Shown: piece by piece, positions 19,614 through 28,342 of the stretch
Position numbering within the stretch: the first letter of the stretch is position 1
How the letters are laid out: each line of letters starts with the position of its first letter
Source: Chitinophagaceae bacterium UBA3430
GTDB taxonomy: Bacteria; Bacteroidota; Bacteroidia; Chitinophagales; Chitinophagaceae
Length of the DNA stretch: 47,870 nt
Assembly: GCA_002378975.1 (NCBI GenBank)
Contig: DFST01000109.1
Span: 1-47,870, forward strand
Reading direction: 5' to 3'
Translations under genes and position numbers: made by a program
Notes under the pieces: model-generated
Seen by the model: only the letters and a program-made list of their open reading frames with translations
Databases searched by the model: none
What the model was told of the DNA's origin: nothing

Positions 19614-19793
19614 CTGTCAGCGAACTGCCCCCGGATTTTACCTGATCCCATGGTCCGCCCCAGCCCATCAGACCCAAAAAACCTTCCGCATCCGCAAAGG
19701 CTGATTCTTACCGAACCCTACTGCTTTCCGTTTGTTAAAAAGATCGGCACCCAACGCCCTTCGCCTATCTTTATACCCACGTAATTTCTCTTC

Positions 19794-21743
19794 ATGCAGA
19801 TCAAACCCGGCACACTCTTAAGCACCATCGATTCGCCCGCCGACCTAAAGAAGCTCCCCCGTGAGCAATTGCATCAGGTTTGCGAAGAGTTGCGTCAATA
19901 CATCATTGACGTGGTTAGTGTACACGGCGGTCATTTCGGCGCCAGCTTAGGCGTGGTTGAACTCACTACGGCCTTGCATTATGTTTACAACACTCCGTAC
20001 GATCAATTGGTCTGGGACGTAGGCCATCAGGCATACGGGCATAAGATTCTCACCGGTCGACGCGACAACTTCGTCACCAATCGGAAATACAAAGGGCTCA
20101 GCGGATTTCCCAAACGCAGCGAAAGCGAATACGACACCTTTGGGGTAGGACACTCATCAACTTCCATTTCTGCCGCCTTGGGCATGGCCATGGCTGCCAA
20201 ATACAAAGGAGAAAAAGAGCGCAAAGTCGTAGCCGTGATCGGCGATGGCGCGATGACAGCCGGCTTGGCCTTCGAAGGCATGAACCACGCAGGCGTAGCC
20301 GACAGCGACATGTTGATCATCCTCAATGACAATTGCATGGGCATCGACCCCAACGTGGGCGCTCTGAAAGAATACCTGACCGACATCACCACCTCACCCA
20401 CTTACAACAAAGTCAAGGACGATGTCTGGAACTTGCTGGGAAAACTGCCCGTTGGAAAAACCTTCTCCCGCAGCATGGCCCACAAGCTCACCGACGGATT
20501 GAAAGGCATGATCAGCAGCTCCTCGAATCTGTTTGAGGCGCTCAAGCTGCGTTATTTTGGTCCAATCGACGGACACAACATCGCGAAACTCGTAGACACC
20601 CTGCGCGACCTGCGCGAGATCCCCGGGCCCAAGATCTTGCACATCATTACAACAAAAGGCAAGGGCTATGCACTTGCAGAAAAAGATCAAACCAAATGGC
20701 ATGCCCCCGGACTCTTCGATAAAGTGACCGGAGAGATCTATAAAAAAACGCACGACAAGCCCCAAGCCCCCAAATACCAGGATGTTTTTGGCCACACCAT
20801 GATCGAGTTGGCCGAGCAAAACGATAAAGTATTCGGCGTAACGCCTGCAATGCCTTCGGGTTCCTCGCTGAAATATATGATGGAAAAGATGCCCGATCGA
20901 GCCTTTGATGTCGGCATCGCCGAACAACACGCGGTTACGGTCAGCGCGGGTATGGCCACCCAAGGCTTACGCGTTTTCTGCAACATTTACTCCTCTTTCA
21001 TGCAACGCGCATACGATCAAGTTGTGCACGACGTGGCAATCCAAAAATTACCGGTAGTGTTCTGTCTCGACCGAGCCGGATTGGTGGGCGATGATGGTCC
21101 CACGCACCACGGCTGTTACGACATCTCCTTTTTTCGTTGCATCCCCAACTTGATCATCAGCGCGCCCATGAATGAACAAGAGCTACGCAACCTGATGTAC
21201 ACAGCCCAACTCGAATCAACCCAGTACCCCATGGTGATTCGCTATCCGCGCGGAGAAGGCGTGATGCCTGAATGGAGAACCCCCTTTGAAGAAATCAAAT
21301 TGGGAACTGGAAGGAAGATGAAAGATGGACGTGACATCGCCATACTTACCATTGGACATCCGGGAAATTTTGCCACTACTGCCATTCGTCAACTGAAGCT
21401 CGAAGGGATCGAGCCTGCCCACTTCGATATGCGGTTCGTAAAACCCATCGACGAGGCCCTTTTGCACGAAGCCTGCCAACGTTACCCCTATTTGATCACC
21501 GTAGAGGACGCCTCCGTACAAGGTGGATTCGGATCGGCGATACTCGAATTCATGGCGCGCGAAGGATATAAAAATGAAGTGCGTATGCTGGGGATTCCCG
21601 ATCAGATCGTAGAACACGGAACACCCAAAGAATTACAGCGTGAATGTGGGTATGATGCAGAAGCCATTGCTGATGCCGTGCGTAACATGCTCAGCACACA
21701 ACTGGCCAGCGACCCAAATGTGATCCGATTAGAACGTCGGTGA
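19794..21743 (+). CDS. dxs: 1-deoxy-D-xylulose-5-phosphate synthase
   Basis: GGHFGASLGVVEL, WDVGHQAYGHK, GHSSTSISA, GDGAMTAG...NDN (ThDP), DVGIAEQHA, DRAGLVGDDGPTHHG, IRYPRG. Confidence 0.97.
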   Translation: MQIKPGTLLSTIDSPADLKKLPREQLHQVCEELRQYIIDVVSVHGGHFGASLGVVELTTALHYVYNTPYDQLVWDVGHQAYGHKILTGRRDNFVTNRKYKGLSGFPKRSESEYDTFGVGHSSTSISAALGMAMAAKYKGEKERKVVAVIGDGAMTAGLAFEGMNHAGVADSDMLIILNDNCMGIDPNVGALKEYLTDITTSPTYNKVKDDVWNLLGKLPVGKTFSRSMAHKLTDGLKGMISSSSNLFEALKLRYFGPIDGHNIAKLVDTLRDLREIPGPKILHIITTKGKGYALAEKDQTKWHAPGLFDKVTGEIYKKTHDKPQAPKYQDVFGHTMIELAEQNDKVFGVTPAMPSGSSLKYMMEKMPDRAFDVGIAEQHAVTVSAGMATQGLRVFCNIYSSFMQRAYDQVVHDVAIQKLPVVFCLDRAGLVGDDGPTHHGCYDISFFRCIPNLIISAPMNEQELRNLMYTAQLESTQYPMVIRYPRGEGVMPEWRTPFEEIKLGTGRKMKDGRDIAILTIGHPGNFATTAIRQLKLEGIEPAHFDMRFVKPIDEALLHEACQRYPYLITVEDASVQGGFGSAILEFMAREGYKNEVRMLGIPDQIVEHGTPKELQRECGYDAEAIADAVRNMLSTQLASDPNVIRLERR

Positions 21744-22523
21744 GTTATCTGCTTCACTAACAGACTCCCGATCGGCGGGATCGACGTATTCGATCAGGAA
21801 GTTATTGCGGCCCTCACCGATCAAGATGCGCATGTGCTTCATCTGCACCAACTCCAATAAGGACAAAAAGGTGAAAATGGCATGAACCCGATTCTCGCAG
21901 CGGTCAAAGATGCGCTCAAAGGATAATGTACGTTCCTGAGCCGCCAGATTCATCATCTGCTGCCGGCTTTCTTCCATCGTATAATTATACTGAACAATGG
22001 TATGCACCGGTTGGTTGACTCGATCGGAATACCGAAGCAGGGCTTTTTCAAAAGCCTTCATCAAACGGAACAGCGTCACATTTTGTATCTCGGTACCCTC
22101 AGCGGCCTCCTCACCCACGTCCAACATCTCCCGCTGAATATTTCCTCGCTTCACCATCAGCATGCGTAAGGCTTCCATGTCGGCCATCTGGGCAGATGCT
22201 TCCTTGAAACGCTTATACTCGAGGATTTTGTTGACCAGCTCTTGACGGGGATCGATCTCTTGTCCATCAGCATCCAGCTCTTTGCGCGGCAACAACATTT
22301 TCGCCTTGATGCGCATCAAAGTGGATATGAACAGAATGAACTCACTGCTTAACTCGATGTTGAGTTCTTCGCTCTGCCGAATGTAAGCTAGAAAGTCGTT
22401 GATGATTCGGTTGATCGGAATGTTGTAGATGTCCAACTCATCGCGTTCAATGAAGAACAACAACAGGTCGAATGGCCCCTCAAACTGGGGCAGGCGGATT
22501 TGGTATGCTGGATGTTGTGCCAT
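21729..22523 (-). CDS. scpA: Segregation and condensation protein A (kleisin)
   Basis: FEGPFDLLLFFI, LDIYNIPI, IKAKMLLP, DPRQELV...LEYKRFK, C-terminal FLSLLELV. Confidence 0.92.
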   Translation of the reverse strand: MAQHPAYQIRLPQFEGPFDLLLFFIERDELDIYNIPINRIINDFLAYIRQSEELNIELSSEFILFISTLMRIKAKMLLPRKELDADGQEIDPRQELVNKILEYKRFKEASAQMADMEALRMLMVKRGNIQREMLDVGEEAAEGTEIQNVTLFRLMKAFEKALLRYSDRVNQPVHTIVQYNYTMEESRQQMMNLAAQERTLSFERIFDRCENRVHAIFTFLSLLELVQMKHMRILIGEGRNNFLIEYVDPADRESVSEADNSPTF

Positions 22524-22536
22524 GGGCTCAGGCGGG

Positions 22537-22544
22537 CAAAATTA
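22537..22544 (-). promoter_or_regulatory. -7 promoter element (TAATTTTG) for scpA
   Basis: Exact TAnnTTTG match about 14 nt upstream of the ATG. Confidence 0.6.
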
Positions 22545-22561
22545 GGGGTTGAGCGCCGTCC

Positions 22562-22936
22562 TTAACCTTTCTTTTGTAAGGAATCACGAATCTCACGCAA
22601 CAAGAGCACATCTTCCGGGGTAACGGCAGGCCTGGCGGCCTCTTTTTTCAGCATCCGATTCATGGCCTTGACCAAGCCAAACATGACAAACGCAATGAGG
22701 ATGAATTTGATCAGTGCTGCCAGGAACTTCCCATATTTCACGCCATTCCAATCCAGTTTGTCCAGATCGGTCGCATGCACGGCCTCCAAGGCTGGAGACA
22801 ACAATAGAGGGGTAATCACATCCTCAACCATCGAAGAAACGATGGAACCGAACGCGCCACCCAGGATGACGGCAACGGCCAGGTCCACAATATTACCCTT
22901 CATGGCAAAATCCCGAAATTCCTTGAGCATATCCAT
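22562..22936 (-). CDS. mscL: Large-conductance mechanosensitive channel
   Basis: LKEFRDFAMKGNIVDLAVAVILGGAFG and C-terminal LLREIRDSL. Start at 22936 or 22930. Confidence 0.95.
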   Translation of the reverse strand: MDMLKEFRDFAMKGNIVDLAVAVILGGAFGSIVSSMVEDVITPLLLSPALEAVHATDLDKLDWNGVKYGKFLAALIKFILIAFVMFGLVKAMNRMLKKEAARPAVTPEDVLLLREIRDSLQKKG

Positions 22937-23005
22937 AAGTTGAATTTTCAGTAAAGAAAATAAAAAAACCAAGACGCTACCAAACAGAACTCGGAACTTC
23001 GCGGC

Positions 23006-23899
23006 ATGAAATCCGACAATGTCATTAAATGGGCCTTATTCCTAGCCCTCTGCCTGATCTGGGGCAGCTCTTTTAAACTCATGGAGGAAAGCGCATCCAT
23101 CATCAACCCTCAACGGCTGGCTGCACTACGCATCTTCTCCGCTGCCGCGGTTTTCTTACCCTTTGCCCTGTTTCACATTGGGTCCATTCCCCGTGAAAAA
23201 TTGGGTCTGGTTGCCCTGAATGGCATCATCGGCAATCTACTTCCCGCCTTTTTATTTGCCTATGCCTTAAATGACCCCGCCATCACCGGCCCCATGGGCG
23301 GCATCCTCAATGCGCTAACACCGCTTAGCGTGGTATTGATTGCCATCGCCTTCTACAAAGACCGCGTAGCCATTCACAAACTGATCGGAATTGGGATCGG
23401 GCTAATCGGATTAATCTTGCTGACCCTTTTACCCGTTATCCGCGACCATGCAGAAATGACCATGGCGCGGCTGCTTCCAACACTCTGCATCCTTAGTGCC
23501 ACCATCCTCTATGGCATCAACGTGAATTTGGTTGGGCACAAACTTCAAGGCATCGAACCCATTCGACTGGCAACCGTTTCGCTTGGCCTGATGATCATTC
23601 CCACGACGGCTTGTCTATTCTACTTTGATTTCTTTTCCTTGCCCTTTCAGGATACAGACGTGCAAATGGCAATCTGGAAAGGAAGCGGACTTGGTATCGC
23701 CGGCAGCGCCATCGCCACCGTCATCTTCTACTCTTTGCTGCAGCGTGCAGGCGGGTTGTTTGCTTCGCTCGTAACTTACGGAATACCGGTTGTAGCCGTC
23801 ATCATCGGATGGCTCGACCACATCACAATCGACCCGATTCAGATCGTCTGTTTGGGGATTATTTTATCCGGCGTTTACTTGGTAAATAAGAAAGCTTAG
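23006..23899 (+). CDS. DMT/EamA family transporter
   Basis: About 10 hydrophobic segments; LIWGSSF, LNALTPL, ASLVTYGIPVVA, IILSGVYLVN. Confidence 0.88.
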   Translation: MKSDNVIKWALFLALCLIWGSSFKLMEESASIINPQRLAALRIFSAAAVFLPFALFHIGSIPREKLGLVALNGIIGNLLPAFLFAYALNDPAITGPMGGILNALTPLSVVLIAIAFYKDRVAIHKLIGIGIGLIGLILLTLLPVIRDHAEMTMARLLPTLCILSATILYGINVNLVGHKLQGIEPIRLATVSLGLMIIPTTACLFYFDFFSLPFQDTDVQMAIWKGSGLGIAGSAIATVIFYSLLQRAGGLFASLVTYGIPVVAVIIGWLDHITIDPIQIVCLGIILSGVYLVNKKA

Positions 23900-24459
23900 A
23901 CCGACATGATCTCCTTCTCCTTGGCGGCCAGATGCTTTTCAACCAAGCTGATGTGCTTATCGGTCAGCTCCTGAATGGCGGTTTCTCCACCCTTGGCCAC
24001 ATCTTCACTGAGTCCGTTCTTTTGCAATTTTTTAATCTGCTCGATGGAGTCGCGGCGAATGTTGCGAACGGCTACCTTAGAATGCTCTCCTTCCGCTTGG
24101 CATTTTTTGACCAACTCCTTACGACGCTCTTCCGTCAGCGGCGGTAGAAAAATACGAATCAGTACCCCATCATTTTGAGGCGTAACGCCCATGTTGGCGG
24201 CAATGATGGCCCGCTCAATGGGTTGCAGCATATTCTTCTCCCAAGGCTGAATGCTCAGCGTACGTGCATCCAATACACTGACGTTCGCAACTTGACTGAT
24301 GGACATGGGAGAACCGTAATAATCAACCGATAAACCATCCAACATTTGAGGATTGGCCTTGCCGGCCCGGATCTTGATCAATTCCGACTCAAGGAATTGA
24401 ATTGCTTTGTGCATGGAATCCTCCGTTTGGCCTTGAATGGAGATCAATTCGTCCGACAT
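23896..24459 (-). CDS. frr: Ribosome recycling factor
   Basis: IRAGKANP, VDYYG, IQPWEK, PPLTEERRKELVK, VRNIRRD, KEKEIM. Confidence 0.97.
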   Translation of the reverse strand: MSDELISIQGQTEDSMHKAIQFLESELIKIRAGKANPQMLDGLSVDYYGSPMSISQVANVSVLDARTLSIQPWEKNMLQPIERAIIAANMGVTPQNDGVLIRIFLPPLTEERRKELVKKCQAEGEHSKVAVRNIRRDSIEQIKKLQKNGLSEDVAKGGETAIQELTDKHISLVEKHLAAKEKEIMSV

Positions 24460-24486
24460 GTTGTGTTTTTTCCGTTAAGTAGAGAA

Positions 24487-24494
24487 CAAAGCTA
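24487..24494 (-). promoter_or_regulatory. -7 promoter element (TAGCTTTG) for frr
   Basis: Exact TAnnTTTG match in the intergenic gap. Confidence 0.6.
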
Positions 24495-24522
24495 GCGAAT
24501 GAAAGCGATTTCGAAAAACAGC

Positions 24523-25632
24523 CTACTCCGCTTTTGAGTTCCGATCGGGAATTAGATCGATGACGGGCGCATCCGCTACAGCATCCACCTCCCTATTGAC
24601 CTTCGGTCGACGATAATATAAAAATCCAAAGCTAATGAATGCAATTACGACTTCACTCAGCAAGACCAATGTGGAACCATAATCCCGAAACTGCCAAGCC
24701 AAAAAAATAAAAAGCGTATTCAACAGCACCGAGGTCAAAACGATGGAAGTATGACTTAAGCCCCAGTCCAACAAAATATGATGGAAGTGATTTCGGTCAG
24801 GACTGAAAGGCGACTTGCGCTGCAACAACCGAACCGTAAACATGCGAAGTGTATCTAACAGCGGCACAAAAAGTATGGCAAATCCCAGCGCAACGGATCC
24901 GTTCAACGGCATAGCCGCGGTGGAAGAATGCGTCAAATGAATGAATCGGATAACCAAGATGGAATTGACCGTGCCAATTACCAAGGCGCCGGAATCCCCC
25001 ATGAAGATCCGCGCTGGCTGATGATTGAAGATTAAAAAAGCCATCAAACTGCCCATCAATGAAAAGGCCAACATCGAGTAGCCGATTTGGTCAGCCAAGA
25101 AGAAATAAATTCCGAATATCGACAAGCTCAAAATACCCAGACTGGTAGCCAATCCATCGATTCCATCAATTAGGTTGAACGAATTCATGACCACGATGAT
25201 GGTGAAATAGGTAAGTCCGTAGGAAAATAAAGTCGGCACTTCGGTCAGACCCAAAAATCCATACATGCTCTCCAAGCGAAGCCCCCCCGCATGGATCAGT
25301 ATCGAAGCGACTAATATTTGTCCGATTAACTTATTGATCGCACTTAGATCGTCCAAGTCATCCTTTAATCCCAAAAGGAAAATGATGGTGGTTCCAACAA
25401 ACAAGAATCGGAACTCAGGATTTAAGCCTGCAGGAATGAACAACATCCCTGAAACCAAGAATCCGGCGAAAATTGCTACTCCACCCAATGCAGAGATCGA
25501 TCGTTTATGCACTTTACGGTCATTCGGCAGGTCGAACAGACGCTTCTTTTTGGCGATATCGATCACGATCGGCACCGCCAAAAAACTGATCAAAAAAGCC
25601 CCCAACAGGGGCATGAATACCTCTAAAATCAT
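24523..25632 (-). CDS. MraY/WecA/TagO family undecaprenyl-phosphate GlcNAc-1-phosphate transferase
   Basis: DLPNDRKVH, LGGVAIF, GLKDD, NSFNLIDGIDGL, IFMGDSG, PDRNHFHH; multiple TM helices. A TATTTTTG element at 25647-25654 supports a start at 25632 or 25614. Confidence 0.9.
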   Translation of the reverse strand: MILEVFMPLLGAFLISFLAVPIVIDIAKKKRLFDLPNDRKVHKRSISALGGVAIFAGFLVSGMLFIPAGLNPEFRFLFVGTTIIFLLGLKDDLDDLSAINKLIGQILVASILIHAGGLRLESMYGFLGLTEVPTLFSYGLTYFTIIVVMNSFNLIDGIDGLATSLGILSLSIFGIYFFLADQIGYSMLAFSLMGSLMAFLIFNHQPARIFMGDSGALVIGTVNSILVIRFIHLTHSSTAAMPLNGSVALGFAILFVPLLDTLRMFTVRLLQRKSPFSPDRNHFHHILLDWGLSHTSIVLTSVLLNTLFIFLAWQFRDYGSTLVLLSEVVIAFISFGFLYYRRPKVNREVDAVADAPVIDLIPDRNSKAE

Positions 25633-25804
25633 ATACTTAGCAATTACAAAAATAGGTAATATAGTGGCGCGGCATGCTTTTATTGACGTCAATCAGTACG
25701 CCCATTTGCCTAGAAATACAGGCTGTTGAAAAAAAGTGTAGAGGATTTTTACGTTATATCTCACAACATGCTCCGTTCCAACCAATTTTGCAAAAACCCC
25801 TGCC

Positions 25805-26638
25805 ATGCAAGAACTCGCTGCCATTGCCACTCAAATTCGACGCGATATTGTTCGCATGGTCCACGGAGCCAACAGCGGTCACCCCGGAGGCTCCTTAGGT
25901 TGCGCCGACCTCCTGACGGCCCTGTATTTCCGGGTCATGAAGCACAATCCCGACTTTCAGATGGATGGCAAGGAAGAAGATGTATTCATCTTATCGAACG
26001 GACACATCTCCCCAGTATTTTATTCGGTCCTCTCACGAGCCGGTTATTTTCCAACCACTGAACTCGCCACCTTCCGAAAATTAAATAGCCGACTTCAAGG
26101 GCACCCAACCACCCACGAACACTTGCCCGGTGTGCGCATGGCTTCCGGCTCACTGGGACAAGGACTCAGTGTAGCGGCCGGCGTGGCCCTGACCAAAAAA
26201 CTCAATGGCGATGCGAACCTCGTCTTCTCCCTGCATGGAGACGGTGAATTGGATGAAGGACAGATTTGGGAAGCCGTATTGTTCGCCGCCCATCATAAGA
26301 TCGATAACCTCATCGCCACCATCGACTGGAACGGACAACAGATCGATGGACCCACCGATAAAGTAATGGGACTTGGCGACCTAGCCGCCAAATTCGAAGC
26401 CTTTGGTTGGTTGGTATTGGAGATGAATGGAAATCAGATGGATGAAGTGGTCGTCGGACTGGAAAAGGCAAAAACGATGACCAATCAAGGAAAACCGATC
26501 GTGATTCTGATGCGGACCGCCATGGGCAAAGGCATCGATTTCATGGAGGGCACCCACGAATGGCATGGCATCGCCCCCAATGACGAACAACTGGCCCGGG
26601 CCCTGGATCAATTGCCCGAGACCTTAGGAGATTACTGA
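25805..26638 (+). CDS. Transketolase, N-terminal (ThDP-binding) subunit
   Basis: SGHPGGSLG, LSNGH, LQGHP, GSLGQG, GDGELDEGQIWEA, NGQQIDG, WHG. Only 277 aa, so a split enzyme. Confidence 0.93.
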   Translation: MQELAAIATQIRRDIVRMVHGANSGHPGGSLGCADLLTALYFRVMKHNPDFQMDGKEEDVFILSNGHISPVFYSVLSRAGYFPTTELATFRKLNSRLQGHPTTHEHLPGVRMASGSLGQGLSVAAGVALTKKLNGDANLVFSLHGDGELDEGQIWEAVLFAAHHKIDNLIATIDWNGQQIDGPTDKVMGLGDLAAKFEAFGWLVLEMNGNQMDEVVVGLEKAKTMTNQGKPIVILMRTAMGKGIDFMEGTHEWHGIAPNDEQLARALDQLPETLGDY

Positions 26639-27852
26639 GTACGCAGCGACTGAATGCGCCTGGCTGCTTTATTTGCCGGGAACCAAGAAGCCAATCCAGC
26701 AATCAACAACACCGTTGCAACAATCAGTATAAAATCCCCGCCTCGGAGTTCGACTGGGTAATAATCAATTAGAAAACTGCCGCCCCCTAACGGGATCAAG
26801 TGAAAGTTTTGCTGCGCCCAGACCAACGACAGCGCCAGCAACATGCCCATGCCCGCCCCGATGCTCGCCAACAGCAGACCTTCCGTCAAAAAGATCCGTC
26901 GGATCACCGAAACCTCACTGCCCAAAGCGCGCAGGATCTGAATATCGGTTTGCTTTTCCAGGATCAGCATCGTCAATGCACCGATCATCGTAAAGGCACC
27001 CACCACCAAGATCAACGACAAGATTCCATATACGATCCAACGCTCCGCATTCATCACCCCATACAAACTCCGATTCTGCTCATATCGATCCTCCACGACG
27101 AATGCATTCCCCAGCCAGTCACGCAATCCTTTTTTGACCGAATTGACCCGATCCCCATCCGTCAATTTCAATTCCAATGAGGAAACGGAGGCATCCGACA
27201 AGCCGGAAACAGCGCGCAAATGATCATACCGCGTGATTCCGTACTGCTCATCAAAATCTTGTTGGATCAAAAAAGAGCCCGATACATACAAGTTTGATTC
27301 TTGGATATTTTCTGCAGACAACAATCGTCCACCACCCTGTCGAGGTAAAAAAACGCGCACCGACGTCAACTCCCTTCCAACCTGTATCCCCAACGCATCT
27401 TCCACACCCGCGCCTAAAACCAGCTGCGGGAATTCCTCCGTTCCGATTGCGAATTGACCGTGATAGGTCCGGTCGGCCAATCGAGAAACAGCCGCATACT
27501 GTTCATCAACGCCTTTTATCTGAATCACGGATTGATTATCGCCATGCTGCAGTATGGCTTTTTCTTCCAAGACCCGGCAAACACCCGCAACACCGGGCCA
27601 TTGGCCGATCGAGTCACGCAGGCGGTCGGAAACTTCCATAAACTTTCCCTTCGAGGGCGTGATGCGGATCTCGGGATAAAATTCAGCGTACAGCGATTTC
27701 ACCAATCCCTCAAACCCATTGAACACACTCAATACCAAAATCAGCGAAGCGGTGCCCACAGCAATGGCCACCACACTGATCCAAGCGATCAACGAGATCG
27801 CTGTGGTGGATTTACGGGATCGAAAGTATCGCCAGGCGAATCGTAGATACAA
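26632..27852 (-). CDS. ABC transporter permease, LolC/E-FtsX family
   Basis: FAWRYF, LSVFNGFE, a large periplasmic domain, LILEKQTDIQILRALG, IFLTEG, YYPVEL, SWFPA; TTG start. Confidence 0.88.
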   Translation of the reverse strand: MYLRFAWRYFRSRKSTTAISLIAWISVVAIAVGTASLILVLSVFNGFEGLVKSLYAEFYPEIRITPSKGKFMEVSDRLRDSIGQWPGVAGVCRVLEEKAILQHGDNQSVIQIKGVDEQYAAVSRLADRTYHGQFAIGTEEFPQLVLGAGVEDALGIQVGRELTSVRVFLPRQGGGRLLSAENIQESNLYVSGSFLIQQDFDEQYGITRYDHLRAVSGLSDASVSSLELKLTDGDRVNSVKKGLRDWLGNAFVVEDRYEQNRSLYGVMNAERWIVYGILSLILVVGAFTMIGALTMLILEKQTDIQILRALGSEVSVIRRIFLTEGLLLASIGAGMGMLLALSLVWAQQNFHLIPLGGGSFLIDYYPVELRGGDFILIVATVLLIAGLASWFPANKAARRIQSLRTQ

Positions 27853-27863
27853 GCTAAAAACGT

Positions 27864-28259
27864 TTAGGATTCGGTCGAGGTCGGTTTATTTTCTTCACCG
27901 GGTTTGCGCTCCGATTCGATCTTTCGGAACAACTCTTCCATTTTGAATACATGATCCAACGTGTCATCTCGATAAAAGCGCAATACAGGCATGTTCCTCA
28001 ATTGATGACGGATGCTCGCTGCCAATTCCCGCTTGATCTCCGGCATACGGTCTTCGACCTTATGCAGTGCTAAATTTGGGTCCTTGACTTGAAAAAAACT
28101 CAGATAAAATCGAGCTTCCAACAAATCGGGGGTGACTTTGACCGAAGAGATGGACAACATCCCCCCATCGATCATGGATAAGCCCAATAGCTGGAAGATC
28201 CGGTTCATTTCCTCATTCAACAATCCGGCAATCTGCCGTTGACGTTTTCCTTCCTCCAT
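27864..28259 (-). CDS. rbfA: Ribosome-binding factor A
   Basis: KRQRQIAGLL, VKVTPDLLEARFYLS, LRNMPVLRFYRDDTL. Confidence 0.93.
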   Translation of the reverse strand: MEEGKRQRQIAGLLNEEMNRIFQLLGLSMIDGGMLSISSVKVTPDLLEARFYLSFFQVKDPNLALHKVEDRMPEIKRELAASIRHQLRNMPVLRFYRDDTLDHVFKMEELFRKIESERKPGEENKPTSTES

Positions 28260-28342
28260 ACCGGTATAATATTAAGATTGAAAGGACCGGAACGATCCCG
28301 ATCGCTGGGCTAAAATTAGTTACTTTGTAGCGATCAACCCCT

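Noticed and set aside
25682-25693. Perfect 12-bp palindrome ATTGACGTCAAT upstream of the WecA-like gene
   Set aside because: About a dozen 12-bp palindromes are expected by chance in 48 kb and I saw no second copy.
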